Counted from the stretch's first letter, positions 23,572-32,000 are shown. The stretch: 32,000 bases of DNA from Planctomycetales bacterium (GCA_022646745.1 CP060262.1:3690001-3722000), one strand, 5' to 3'. Notes: generated by a model not told the origin, from the letters alone. Numbers and translations: made by a program.

Positions 23572-24558
23572 TCAGCGTGAGGCTGATTCCAGCTCCAGGG
23601 CTTCCTTTGCCAGCAGCTGCACTTCGGCGAGGTCGGTAGCCTGCATCAGCCGGTCGCGCAGTTCAGCTGCCCCGCGGAATCCCGTCACATAGGCCTTGTA
23701 GTGCTTCTTCATCGGCTCAAAGGGTTTGATCTCCCCGAACAACTCGCAGTAAAGCGCGGTGTGCTCCAGCATCACCTCGATGATCTGCTCGAAGGGCAGA
23801 TCATCGCGCTCAACTTCCCGGTTGAACAGCCAGGGGTTGCCGAAGATCCCCCGCCCGATCATCACCCCGTCGCAGCCCGTCTCTTCCGAAACCTCCCGCG
23901 CATCATGCAGGTTGCGGATGTCGCCGTTGCCAAGGATCAGTGGCCGCCTGTCGTCATCCGGGACCAGCTCGCGGGCCAGCTGCGCCGAGCGCTCGATCAC
24001 ATCCCAGCGGGCCGGCACCTTGCTCATCTCATCTCGCGTGCGGGCGTGGATCGTCACTACAGCCGGCCCGGCTTCGATCAGCGTTGCCAGCCATTCCTCG
24101 ATCTGGTTGTCGTGGTAGCCGATGCGGGTCTTCACGCTGACCGGATGCTCCCCCGCCCCCTCGCGCGCTGCCTCGATCAGCTCCGCTGCCAGCTGCGGCC
24201 GCTTGATCAGGATCGAACCAGCGCCATGCTTCTCCACGGTCTTGTCGGGGCAGCCCATGTTGATGTCGATACCGTCATAGCCCAGTTCAATGCAGAACCG
24301 GGCTGCCTCGCGCATTTTTTCCGGGTTGCCACCATACAGCTGCGCGAGGATCGGGCGCTCGAGGTCGTCAAACCACAGGTCATGCAGCAGGGCATCACGG
24401 CCACGCGAGCACAGCCCGTCGGCGGAAATGAACTCGGTCCACATCACATCCGGCTTGCCATACCTGGCAATGATGCGCCGGAACGCGGCATCGGTCACGC
24501 CGACCATCGGCGCGAGTACGAAGCACGGGCGTGCCAGCTCTTTCCAGAATCCCTGCAT
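23572..24558 (-). CDS. dus: tRNA-dihydrouridine synthase (Dus family flavoenzyme)
   Basis: LAPMVGVTDAAFRRI, DGIDINMGCPDKTVEKHGAGSILIKRP (catalytic Cys) and HARTRDEM are characteristic Dus motifs. Start ATG 24558, stop TGA (tca 23572-23574). Confidence 0.9.
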   Translation of the reverse strand: MQGFWKELARPCFVLAPMVGVTDAAFRRIIARYGKPDVMWTEFISADGLCSRGRDALLHDLWFDDLERPILAQLYGGNPEKMREAARFCIELGYDGIDINMGCPDKTVEKHGAGSILIKRPQLAAELIEAAREGAGEHPVSVKTRIGYHDNQIEEWLATLIEAGPAVVTIHARTRDEMSKVPARWDVIERSAQLARELVPDDDRRPLILGNGDIRNLHDAREVSEETGCDGVMIGRGIFGNPWLFNREVERDDLPFEQIIEVMLEHTALYCELFGEIKPFEPMKKHYKAYVTGFRGAAELRDRLMQATDLAEVQLLAKEALELESASR

Positions 24559-24611
24559 GGTAGGAGCCGCGCCGGGCGGCGCAGGGGGAGATTATAACGA
24601 AAGTGCTGCTG

Positions 24612-25889
24612 CTATGGCTGGAAGAGGTACTGGTACAGCGCGCCATCGTATTCGAGCATAACCAACCTGTCGCGGTCCATCCAGGCATTCCAGTACATGT
24701 CTCCCTGTGCTGCTTCAGGAAAACTGATCTCAAGCTCACGCCCCGGAATGACAATCTCCGTGTCCAGCAGGATCACTTCCTGCTGGTGCTCACCCAATGT
24801 ATATAAGCGATCAAATGCAACATAGTCTCCGTCGGGACTTGAAACCGGGTACAGCCGGTAGCCAGGCAAACCGGTTCCCTCTGCTCCGTAGACTAGATTT
24901 AGCTCTCCATTACGCAGGCAGATGCCCTGCTGCCAGTAGCAGCCTTCAGGGTAGCCCGTTGCCATCCTGGATTGTACATTCAGCTCCTCGTCAAACCGGA
25001 TCAGCTCTTCTTCATGCCACAACCAGAGCATTCCATCCTGCCGGACCATCATGTCGGTCGGATAACCCCAAGAGCCACAGGCCATGCTCCATGATTCCCT
25101 GTACCAGTACTTCGGTGAGTACAATTCGCCGATCTGATGCCCCACCAACGGATGCGCCAGCTCAATCGATTCATCATGCAGCCATGCCTGTGCCAACACA
25201 TTGAGTTCTTCATCAAGCTTCAGGAGCATATCCCGACTGGTTGCCAATTCCTTCAATAGCAGGAAAAGATGATCACCGTCGAACTGCAGGTCAACTACCC
25301 CACCAGGCAAGATCAGCTGTGAGAACTGCATGCTGGGTACATTCTGCTGTGGTTCACTGTCGACGAAAAAAGAAAAGCCGCCTTCCACTTCACGGACCAG
25401 TTGCACCACAGGGGAGAGGGAGTTGAAGATCATCAGCTTGCCATTCCAGCTGATGCAGTCCAGCAGGCTGTTGTCATTCACGGCACAGCGAAACTTCAAT
25501 TCCTTTGTTTCCGAATCCATCAGCACAAGGAACGAAGCAGTATCTTGCTCAGCCACGATGAACCATGGCATCCCATCAAGCAGGCCGCTTTGCCTGCTTG
25601 AGCAAAATCTGTCCTCCATTGCCACTTCGGGATCCGAGTAAAGATCCAGTGTCCCCGGCAGCTCCTCCAGCCTGTCTCCGATGATCCGATAGCTGTGCAG
25701 GATGCCCTGCCTGTCCACCACGAACAGATCATCCCCGAGAATGACGGGCACGCTCGCGTACAGCACAGCCCTGGCGGACTCATCCATCTCAATCCGCTGC
25801 ATGCTGGCAATGGAATCTTCCGCATATGAAAGGCCTGCCGGAACCAGCAGCAGCAGCAATCCAAGCAACTTCACAGTCCCTATACCCAT
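24612..25889 (-). CDS. Hypothetical secreted protein with internal beta-repeat character; compositionally atypical (lower GC)
   Basis: Start set at ATG 25889 (MGIGTVKLLGLLLLLVPAGLSYA/EDS, a Sec signal). Protein-like composition. Contains an internal repeat L.(K/R)(L/F)DEELNV. Hand-counted GC of several 60-nt lines is 45-50%, against about 73% in a line of the neighbouring MCP gene. No family recognised. Confidence 0.7.
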   Translation of the reverse strand: MGIGTVKLLGLLLLLVPAGLSYAEDSIASMQRIEMDESARAVLYASVPVILGDDLFVVDRQGILHSYRIIGDRLEELPGTLDLYSDPEVAMEDRFCSSRQSGLLDGMPWFIVAEQDTASFLVLMDSETKELKFRCAVNDNSLLDCISWNGKLMIFNSLSPVVQLVREVEGGFSFFVDSEPQQNVPSMQFSQLILPGGVVDLQFDGDHLFLLLKELATSRDMLLKLDEELNVLAQAWLHDESIELAHPLVGHQIGELYSPKYWYRESWSMACGSWGYPTDMMVRQDGMLWLWHEEELIRFDEELNVQSRMATGYPEGCYWQQGICLRNGELNLVYGAEGTGLPGYRLYPVSSPDGDYVAFDRLYTLGEHQQEVILLDTEIVIPGRELEISFPEAAQGDMYWNAWMDRDRLVMLEYDGALYQYLFQP

Positions 25890-25939
25890 GCCAGTTAATC
25901 GCAGGCAGCCACGATTCCACAAACTACAGTCCCTCCCGG

Positions 25940-25980
25940 AAAAAGTGCAGTCCCCCGCACCGGCAGGGCCGATGCAGGGG
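25940..25980 (-). terminator. Possible intrinsic terminator downstream of the MCP gene
   Basis: The minus strand reads CCCCTGCA-tcggccctgccgg-TGCGGGG-gactgcaC-TTTTT. This is a 7-bp stem with one bulge, and the T5 run starts 8 nt after the stem. The structure is imperfect. Confidence 0.3.
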
Positions 25981-26032
25981 ACATACATGGGGGTCAGTAA
26001 AGCTTGCTAGCTGCGTTGTATCCCCAGAGTCC

Positions 26033-27775
26033 TCAGACCCTGAAGCGGCTCACGGCCTCCCTCATTGCGCCGGCCAGTTCAGCGAGGCTACTGGAACTGC
26101 TGCCGATCTCCTCCAGTGCGGCCAGCTGCTGCTGCGTGCTGCTGCTGACCTGCTGGCTGCCCGCCGCGCTGAGCTGGCTGCTCTCGGCGAGGCTGTCCAT
26201 CGCGCGGGTGATCTCGTCACTGCTTGCGAACAGTTCCTCCGCGGCGGCGCTGATGTTCTGCACCTGCTCGCTGAGCTGCTCCACGCCGGTGACGATCTCG
26301 CTGAGCTTGTGCTCCGTCTCTTCGACGCGCTGAGCGCCGACGAGTACCTCGCGGTCACTGCGCTCCATCGCCTCCTGGGCAATCTCCATCTCGCGCTGGA
26401 TGTCCTTGATCAGCGAAGTGATGCTGCCAGCGGCCTTGTTGCTCTCCTCCGCCAGCTTGCGCACCTCCTCGGCTACCACTGCGAAACCGCGCCCGGCCTC
26501 ACCGGCACGCGCAGCCTCGATCGCGGCGTTCAGCGCCAGCAGGTTCGTCTGGTCGGCGATGTTGGTGATGATCAGGATGAATTCATCAATCTTTGCGGTC
26601 TTGCCACCGAGCGCTTCCACCACACGCGCAGTCTCCTGCACGCTGGCGGCGGCCCGCTGGATGATCTGCGAGGCCTCGGCTGCATTGCTGCGGCCCTCCT
26701 CGCCCTGTCGGCTGGCCTGGGCCGCGAAGCTGGCAACATCCTCGATGTCGCGGCTCACGCCCTGGATCGCCGTGGTGTTCTGCGAGAGGTTCTGCTGGGT
26801 CTGGTTGCTCAGCTCTCCGGCCTGGCTGGCACCCTCTGCCACCTGCTGGATCGCCTGCACCACCTGGTTGGCGGCATCACGCGTCTCGGCAGTGATCGTG
26901 CTCAGCCGCTCGCTGTTGCCAGCCACCGTGCTGGCTGAATCGGCAATCTCGCTGATCATCCGCCGGCTGTTGTCCCGCATCAGTTCCAGGGCCTCGGCGA
27001 TGCGTCCCAGTTCGTCCCTGGCTGCGCTCTGCCTGATGTCAACGGTGAAGTCACCCTCGCCCATCCTGCTGACGCTTTCCTGCAGGGAGCGCAGGTGGCG
27101 GCGGATCCCGCCCACGATCAGCAGTGTGACCAGCATCGTCACGAACATCGTGCAGCCTGCCACAATGCCCAGCTGCAGCCTGGCATTGGCCGACAACTCC
27201 GACAGTTCAACGTAGATCGCCTCAATGTCCTCACTGAGCATCACGCCCAGGCTGTTTAGCACCTCGGTCGGCGCGCGATCGAGGCCCTTCACCATGTGGT
27301 CCGTGCCCTCGATGTCAGTCCCGCCGCTCTGCTCGAAGTGGTCCATCGCCTTGCGGTATTCCGTTGCCATCAGGCCCATCGCCGCATCAAACTCATCCAG
27401 CTTCGTGGTCTTCTCCTCATCGCCAAGCGGCTCAAGCAGGGTCCGCAGTTCAGCGCTGAGCTCCATCACCTTCGCTTCCTGCTCGACGAACTGGCCCTTG
27501 TACTTGCTGAACTGCTCCGGGTTGGATCCGCGCAGCAGGATGTTCTTCCACTCCTGCACCTGCTTCTTGAAGTTGATCTCCGCCCGCAGCGCCAGCTCCG
27601 TCGCCTTCACCTCAGTGGAAATCAGGTGGTCATACCTGCTGGTGGAGCGGTTCAGGAGGAAGGCTCCGCCTGCGGCCAGTGCCGCCAGCCCGATCCAGGC
27701 AATTGCGCCGAGCACAAGCATCTTCCCGGTGAACCCGATGCCCCTGCCCTTTCGTATCCGCTTTTCCGTATTCAT
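26033..27775 (-). CDS. mcp: Methyl-accepting chemotaxis protein (2 TM, four-helix-bundle-type periplasmic sensor, HAMP, MA domain)
   Basis: ATG 27775 lies 6 nt after AAGGAG. The ORF-track start at 27928 overlaps cheW. TM1 is [23 protein letters not shown] and the periplasmic domain contains [14 protein letters not shown] follows TM2. The conserved signalling hairpin is [38 protein letters not shown]. Confidence 0.93.
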   Translation of the reverse strand: MNTEKRIRKGRGIGFTGKMLVLGAIAWIGLAALAAGGAFLLNRSTSRYDHLISTEVKATELALRAEINFKKQVQEWKNILLRGSNPEQFSKYKGQFVEQEAKVMELSAELRTLLEPLGDEEKTTKLDEFDAAMGLMATEYRKAMDHFEQSGGTDIEGTDHMVKGLDRAPTEVLNSLGVMLSEDIEAIYVELSELSANARLQLGIVAGCTMFVTMLVTLLIVGGIRRHLRSLQESVSRMGEGDFTVDIRQSAARDELGRIAEALELMRDNSRRMISEIADSASTVAGNSERLSTITAETRDAANQVVQAIQQVAEGASQAGELSNQTQQNLSQNTTAIQGVSRDIEDVASFAAQASRQGEEGRSNAAEASQIIQRAAASVQETARVVEALGGKTAKIDEFILIITNIADQTNLLALNAAIEAARAGEAGRGFAVVAEEVRKLAEESNKAAGSITSLIKDIQREMEIAQEAMERSDREVLVGAQRVEETEHKLSEIVTGVEQLSEQVQNISAAAEELFASSDEITRAMDSLAESSQLSAAGSQQVSSSTQQQLAALEEIGSSSSSLAELAGAMREAVSRFRV

Positions 27776-27818
27776 CACAGACTCCTTTCCATGCATGTTC
27801 TCGCCCGTACCGGGCTGC

Positions 27819-28358
27819 CTATCCCTGTTCATTCCCGCACCCCACCGGCAACAGCTCACAGCAGTCAGGGTCAGCAGGGATGTCTTCCACGCTGGCCAGC
27901 TCCTCCAGCACCCTGCCGGACACGGCATGGTGCCAGTTGAGCACTTTCAGCAGCCTGTCTCCCCGCTTGGCAATCCCACTGACTGCACTGCCGCCGGCAT
28001 CGACTCCGATCACAGCCGGGCGGCTGATCTCGTCAGGCAGCACGGCCTGAACCTCATTCACTTCCTCAACGAGCAATCCAACCGTCATGCTCTCGTCCTC
28101 AACGATCACCACCTTGCCGGCCTTCTCCGCACCAGGCTCCATGCCCAGCAGGAAGGCCAGGTCCAGCATCGGGATCACAGTGCCGCGCAGGTCCTTGATG
28201 CCGATCACGCCCGGCTGCGCCTGCGGGATGCGGGTGATCTCGGGCTTGCGGATGATTTCCCGCACGCAGTTGATCGGAATGCCGTAGGCTTCCCCTCCCA
28301 GCTCGAATCCGACGATGATCAGTGGTTCAGTTCCATTTGCCGCAATCTCATTTGCCAT
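27819..28358 (-). CDS. cheW: CheW-like chemotaxis coupling protein with Cys-containing C-terminal tail
   Basis: [55 protein letters not shown] is the CheW fold signature. AAGGAG (revcomp of 28369-28374) lies 10 nt before ATG 28358. The GTG at 28367 is too close to the SD. Stop is TAG (cta 27819-27821), 43 nt upstream of the MCP start. Confidence 0.88.
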   Translation of the reverse strand: MANEIAANGTEPLIIVGFELGGEAYGIPINCVREIIRKPEITRIPQAQPGVIGIKDLRGTVIPMLDLAFLLGMEPGAEKAGKVVIVEDESMTVGLLVEEVNEVQAVLPDEISRPAVIGVDAGGSAVSGIAKRGDRLLKVLNWHHAVSGRVLEELASVEDIPADPDCCELLPVGCGNEQG

Positions 28359-28443
28359 GCCAGACACACTCCTTTCGCGCCTTCCCGGCCGTCAGCTTTG
28401 CCGGGATTGTCCGCGAACAGGCTGTACTGCAACATCAGCATTC

Positions 28444-28454
28444 CTACGTACGTA
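28444..28454. promoter_or_regulatory. Second copy of CTACGTACGTA (10-bp palindrome core) in the cheW / ypfJ divergent intergenic region
   Basis: The 11-mer is identical to 5587-5597. It lies about 90 nt upstream of the cheW start (28358) and about 185 nt upstream of the ypfJ start (28638). Confidence 0.4.
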
Positions 28455-28587
28455 TGGCCCGGTGCCGCATCAGGAAAGGATGCAGGTGCATTGCCAAATT
28501 TCTGTTAATGCCCCACAAGCCACTGATCAACCATCCAGGCCAGGGAATGTGCGCTTGCTTGAGCCTGCCCACACCCTTGCGGCATCC

Positions 28588-28593
28588 TATAAT
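28588..28593 (+). promoter_or_regulatory. Consensus -10 hexamer TATAAT about 45 nt upstream of ypfJ (no good -35)
   Basis: TATAAT is read at 28588-28593. The hexamer 17 nt upstream (CTGCCC) is a poor -35. Confidence 0.2.
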
Positions 28594-28637
28594 TCCTGTG
28601 CCGGGCGAGCGGTAAGCAAAGGAACGGGTGGCAATTC

Positions 28638-29513
28638 ATGAAGTGGGAAAACAGGCGACAGAGCTCCAATGTTGAGGACCGGCGCGGCTCGGGTGCACGG
28701 CGCGGTGGGATTGCAATCGGCGGAGGCGGCATCCTGATCCTGATCGTGCTCTACTTCCTCGGAGTTGACATCCAGCCCCTGCTCGAACAGGTGGATACCA
28801 GCAGCGGCAGTGGCGGCTATTCGCAACCGGCGGACCAGCAGGAGATACCGGTAGATCCTCACCAGGAGGAACTGAAGCAGTTCGTCTCCGTTGTGTTGGC
28901 GGATACTGAGGACGTCTGGGGCAACATCTTCTCCCAGGGCGGCGCATCCTATGAGCAGCCGACACTGGTGCTCTTCAACGGCGAGGTCAATTCAGCCTGT
29001 GGATTCGCAAACGCGGCTGTCGGCCCGTTCTATTGCCCCGGTGACCACAACCTCTACCTCGACCTGACTTTCCTCGATGAACTGCAGACGAAGTTCGGTG
29101 CCAGCGGGGACTTCCCCGGGGCATACGTGATTGCGCATGAAGTCGGCCACCATGTGCAGAACCTGCTTGGAACCTCAGGCCAGGTCAGTTCGATGCGTGG
29201 CCGGCTGAGCGAGGCTGAGTACAACAAGATGTCAGTGCGTCTGGAGCTGCAGGCTGATTTCTACGCCGGAATCTGGGCGCACTATGCGCAGTCAAGCCTC
29301 GGAGTGCTCGAGGAAGGTGACATCGAGGAAGCCCTGGCAGCTGCACACGCAATCGGCGACGACACCCTGCAGAAGCAGGCCCGTGGCTATGTCGTGCCCG
29401 ACAGCTTCACGCATGGCACCAGTGAGCAGCGCATGCGCTGGTTCATGCAGGGCTACCGCACCGGGGACATGGATGCCGGTGACACCTTCTCGCTGGACTA
29501 CGACGATCTCTAG
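28638..29513 (+). CDS. ypfJ: YpfJ-family membrane-anchored neutral zinc metallopeptidase
   Basis: The N-terminus MKWENRRQSSNVEDRRGSG, followed by one transmembrane helix (GGGGILILIVLYFLG), is the hallmark of the YpfJ / PF04228 family. The zinc site is IAHEVGHHVQN (His codons 29136-29138 and 29148-29150). Confidence 0.9.
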   Translation: MKWENRRQSSNVEDRRGSGARRGGIAIGGGGILILIVLYFLGVDIQPLLEQVDTSSGSGGYSQPADQQEIPVDPHQEELKQFVSVVLADTEDVWGNIFSQGGASYEQPTLVLFNGEVNSACGFANAAVGPFYCPGDHNLYLDLTFLDELQTKFGASGDFPGAYVIAHEVGHHVQNLLGTSGQVSSMRGRLSEAEYNKMSVRLELQADFYAGIWAHYAQSSLGVLEEGDIEEALAAAHAIGDDTLQKQARGYVVPDSFTHGTSEQRMRWFMQGYRTGDMDAGDTFSLDYDDL

Positions 29514-29519
29514 CGGTGC

Positions 29520-32000
29520 TTAGTCAATCAGGATCCCGTAGGTGATGTCATCCTGGCCATCCGTGTAAACGACCACAAGGTAGCCATTGACCACCATCGC
29601 ATCGATGGATTGTGGCAAGTTGTCAGAGTTGAAATCAACACTTGATGATTCCCAGTCCTCTGGCGCGCGGCCATAGCGGCTGTTGCTGAATGCCATCATC
29701 ATTTCCGTACCATTCTCGCTGTAGTAGAATGCAGCCGGGGCATCTCCGTATTCCAGCAACTCTGAGAACTTTCCCTCGTCAATGAAGTCTGCCACTACCA
29801 CCGGTGTCTGCCAATGCAAGGCGTTTTGTGCATTCTCATTTGTGGCATAGGCATAGCGCAGCTCCTTCAGCGAGGCGTTGTAATATGAAATTGAAGGGAA
29901 GCCGTTGATCACTGCCAGACTGGGGTTCGAGCCACCACCGGAATCCGTGTCAACCACCACTTTCAGCCAGTTTACCGGGGCCTGCCCGTCGGCCGTGCTT
30001 GACTTTGCATACATCAATGCCCCGCTGACGGTGTCCTGGTAGACAATCGCGGGCTCACCGGAGACCAGCCCAAGGTCCGGTGCCGAGGCGTCCGTTGTTA
30101 TGTCAATGTTGTCCCAGTCCGATGCGCTCATACCGTCCACGGTGCTTGCAAAGGCGAACTTCAGCCTGAGGGGGTTGCTGTCAGTATATGCAATGGCTGG
30201 CTTTCCGTTGACAACTGCCATTTCCAGGTCATTGCCGTTATTGTCAAGGGTGTCAACCAGCACCATTTCCCAGTCGGCGGCATCCAGCCCGAGTGCTGTG
30301 GTGGAGCGGTAGTACAGCAGTTCCTCATTGGCGCTGTCATAGCAGGCGATTGCCGGATGGCCGGCCACCTGGGCAATATCCGGGGTTGATCGTGGATCTT
30401 CGCTGAGTGAAATGTCGATGCTTGTCCAGTCTGCCAGATCGTCACCGATCGTGCTGCTGGAATAGGCGTAGAACAGTCCACTGGGCACTGTAGCCCGGCG
30501 ATAAGTGATCGCCGGGTGTCCCCCGATTACTGTGATTGCAGGGCTGGAATAAAGAGCGGAGGCTGCACCCGAGATTTCAAATCGCTTCCAGCCCCTGAGC
30601 TTCACCAGCTGGCCTGCCACGGATTGGGCTCCTTCATCATCCGTGATTCTGACGCTCACATCCTGCAGCCCGGGGGACAGGTACAGCTGCTGGACACGGA
30701 GTTCCCCCTTGTTGTCATCCTCGGCACCGGCCTCACCGAATACACCGTTGCCATCGAGGTCCCACTCAACCGTCGAGATGCTCCCGTCAGGGTCGAAGCT
30801 GCCCGATGCATCAAAGTCCACCGTGATGCCGGGCTCGCCCAGCGGCGGAGTGGCAAGCAGCATCGCAACGGGAGGGAGATTCTCCGGCCCGGGGTCAGGC
30901 TCAACCACGGTGATTGCGAGCGTGTCCACGTCCCAGCTTCCGTCGTCATCCAGTACCCGCAGGCGGGCATTGTAAGTGCCGGGGGTAGTGTATGTATGCT
31001 GTGCGGCCGTCACATGCAGGATGTCCGTGTCATCCCAGACATCGTAGGTTCCATCCCCGTCAAAGTCCCAGCCGCCGCCGACGACCACCCCGTCAAAGTC
31101 CGTGCTTTCCGTGCCACTGAAGTCAACGATCAAGGGGGCTGTACCTCCCGCCGGGCTTGCCATTCCGACCGCCACCGGCCGGCTGTTGCCACTGATCAGC
31201 AGGCTGACTGAGCCGAGCGCCACAGCTGTTCCCTCAATATCACTGGCTCGCACAGCCGGACGGATGATGCCCAGGCTGCCGGTGTATGCCTGTTGGATGC
31301 CACCTTCATCAGCCAGCACTTCAAATACACCATCCCCGTCCAGGTCCCAGTCGAATGTCTGTGCCCCGCTGGCGGTCAAGGGGATTGCTTCACCGATCGT
31401 GCCACTCGGGCTGCCGGCCTGCAAGCTCAGTTGGGACATGCTTCCTGGCAGCGGAGCGCCTTCAAGCAACTCAGTCGGCTGGCTGCCGTTGCCACTGATG
31501 TCAACGGCCTGCAGCATCAGGTAAGTCATTGCATTCACTTCAAGCACGAAAGCTGGGCTGCCAAGCAGGTACGGCAGCCTCTGCACGCCGACACTCTGGG
31601 GATTGATGAACTGCTTCGCTGAGTAGTACAGCTGGTAGCCAGCCAGGTCAGGTTCACTGTTTACCATCCAGTCCAGTGCCAACCCACCTGCCACTGGTGT
31701 TGCAGTAAATCCTGCTGGTGCCTGCGGAGCCGTGGAGTCTGACCCGTCGATCGGATTGGCTCCGATCGCCACCACATCCAATGCATCACCGCCGCGAACG
31801 AGCACTGCGATGAACATGTTACCAAGTGCTGAGCGGAAGTCAGCACCAGCACTTACCAGCTCCGCAAGCGGCAGGCGCACATGGCTATCCCTGAAAGGCC
31901 CGAACCAGCGCCAGCGGCCTGAGGCCTGGTCCGCCACCGCCGCAAAGTAGCTGCTTCCGGCAGCGGGGTTTGCATCCAGCCCCAGTACACCGGGCTGGTC
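29520..32000 (-). CDS. Large extracellular-type protein: FN3-like, three PKD-like domains and a seven-repeat propeller-like C-terminus; 5'-partial (continues beyond window end)
   Basis: The reading frame stays open from the GTG at 31937 up to base 32000 (…DQPGVLGLDANPAAGSSYFAAVADQASGRW…), so the true start is outside the window. PKD-type motifs are FDWDLDGDG, WDFDGDGTYD...HTYTTPGTYNARLRVLDDDG and VEWDLDGNG...VSVRITDDEG. Stop is TAA (tta 29520-29522). Confidence 0.88.
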   Translation of the reverse strand, partial: DQPGVLGLDANPAAGSSYFAAVADQASGRWRWFGPFRDSHVRLPLAELVSAGADFRSALGNMFIAVLVRGGDALDVVAIGANPIDGSDSTAPQAPAGFTATPVAGGLALDWMVNSEPDLAGYQLYYSAKQFINPQSVGVQRLPYLLGSPAFVLEVNAMTYLMLQAVDISGNGSQPTELLEGAPLPGSMSQLSLQAGSPSGTIGEAIPLTASGAQTFDWDLDGDGVFEVLADEGGIQQAYTGSLGIIRPAVRASDIEGTAVALGSVSLLISGNSRPVAVGMASPAGGTAPLIVDFSGTESTDFDGVVVGGGWDFDGDGTYDVWDDTDILHVTAAQHTYTTPGTYNARLRVLDDDGSWDVDTLAITVVEPDPGPENLPPVAMLLATPPLGEPGITVDFDASGSFDPDGSISTVEWDLDGNGVFGEAGAEDDNKGELRVQQLYLSPGLQDVSVRITDDEGAQSVAGQLVKLRGWKRFEISGAASALYSSPAITVIGGHPAITYRRATVPSGLFYAYSSSTIGDDLADWTSIDISLSEDPRSTPDIAQVAGHPAIACYDSANEELLYYRSTTALGLDAADWEMVLVDTLDNNGNDLEMAVVNGKPAIAYTDSNPLRLKFAFASTVDGMSASDWDNIDITTDASAPDLGLVSGEPAIVYQDTVSGALMYAKSSTADGQAPVNWLKVVVDTDSGGGSNPSLAVINGFPSISYYNASLKELRYAYATNENAQNALHWQTPVVVADFIDEGKFSELLEYGDAPAAFYYSENGTEMMMAFSNSRYGRAPEDWESSSVDFNSDNLPQSIDAMVVNGYLVVVYTDGQDDITYGILID
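29523..30590 (-). other. Seven tandem ~50-aa repeats (predicted beta-propeller blades with an extended Asp-box-like motif)
   Basis: Repeats: GGHPAITYRR..LFYAYSSSTIGDDLADW, AGHPAIACYD..LLYYRSTTALGLDAADW, NGKPAIAYTD..LKFAFASTVDGMSASDW, SGEPAIVYQD..LMYAKSSTADGQAPVNW, NGFPSISYYN..LRYAYATNENAQNALHW, GDAPAAFYYS..MMMAFSNSRYGRAPEDW, NGYLVVVYTDGQDDITYGILID. Confidence 0.75.
30591..31430 (-). other. Three tandem PKD-like domains within CDS 29520-32000
   Basis: Three repeats carry the motifs (F/W)DWDLDGDG, WDFDGDGTYD and EWDLDGNG. Each is followed about 25-35 aa later by a (V/L)x(V/L)xDD(D/E)G strand (LRVLDDDGS, VRITDDEGA). Confidence 0.75.

Noticed and set aside
23701-24597. 298-aa plus-strand ORF
   Set aside because: Antisense to the Dus gene. 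It has R/P/A/L-rich composition and no SD.
25826-28508. Plus-strand ORFs of 370, 271 and 427 aa (25826-26938, 26400-27215, 27225-28508)
   Set aside because: Antisense to the MCP and cheW genes. MCP coiled-coil repeats generate long open antisense frames. The translations are low-complexity S/A/L/R sequence.
1-32000. Search for tRNA/rRNA genes, CRISPR arrays, IS elements, integrases, prophage genes, toxin-antitoxin pairs or known defence systems
   Set aside because: I saw no T-loop or anticodon-arm-like structures in intergenic DNA, no regularly spaced direct repeats, no terminal inverted repeats, and no transposase, integrase or nuclease motifs in any frame. The intergenic gaps are mostly under 150 nt. 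This scan was by eye, so short or degenerate elements could have been missed.

Overview
High-GC (about 60% by eye) bacterial chromosomal segment using the standard code. It holds 19 tightly packed protein-coding genes, two of them cut by the window edges. I found no rRNA or tRNA genes, CRISPR arrays, transposases, integrases or recognisable defence genes.

Gene order, left to right:
- 1-2997 (+): tail of a CBM-like protein, translationally coupled to a secreted TIM-barrel glycosidase-like protein.
- 3017-8995 (-): two large cytoplasmic sensors. One is a PAS-rich hybrid histidine kinase. The other is a 1115-aa single-polypeptide two-component system (GAF-PAS-GAF-PAS-HisKA_3-HATPase-REC-LuxR HTH).
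- 9350-16633 (+): compact operon with fructose-family PTS EIIC, EIIB, an HPr-EI-EIIA tri-domain phosphotransfer protein and a ~1100-aa GH38 alpha-mannosidase.
- 16636-21392 (-): operon of two paralogous lipoproteins carrying dockerin-type double calcium loops, followed by a DJ-1/PfpI enzyme. One lipoprotein also has a cohesin-like module and a propeller-like C-terminus.
- 21483-21827 (+): small orphan gene.
- 21830-28358 (-): same-strand string of cheW, an MCP, a lower-GC orphan secreted repeat protein, a tRNA-dihydrouridine synthase and a 2TM K+ channel with tandem RCK domains.
- 28638-29513 (+): YpfJ-type zinc metallopeptidase.
- 29520-32000 (-): large FN3/PKD/seven-blade repeat protein, 5'-partial at the window end.

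Best candidates for something undescribed:
- The dockerin/cohesin-like lipoprotein plus DJ-1 operon.
- The self-contained PTS coupled to a possibly exported GH38, sitting next to the fused sensor-regulator.
- A rare palindrome core, TACGTACGTA, present in exactly two intergenic control regions: upstream of the hybrid kinase and upstream of cheW-mcp.

All family assignments come from motifs read by eye. No database search was run.
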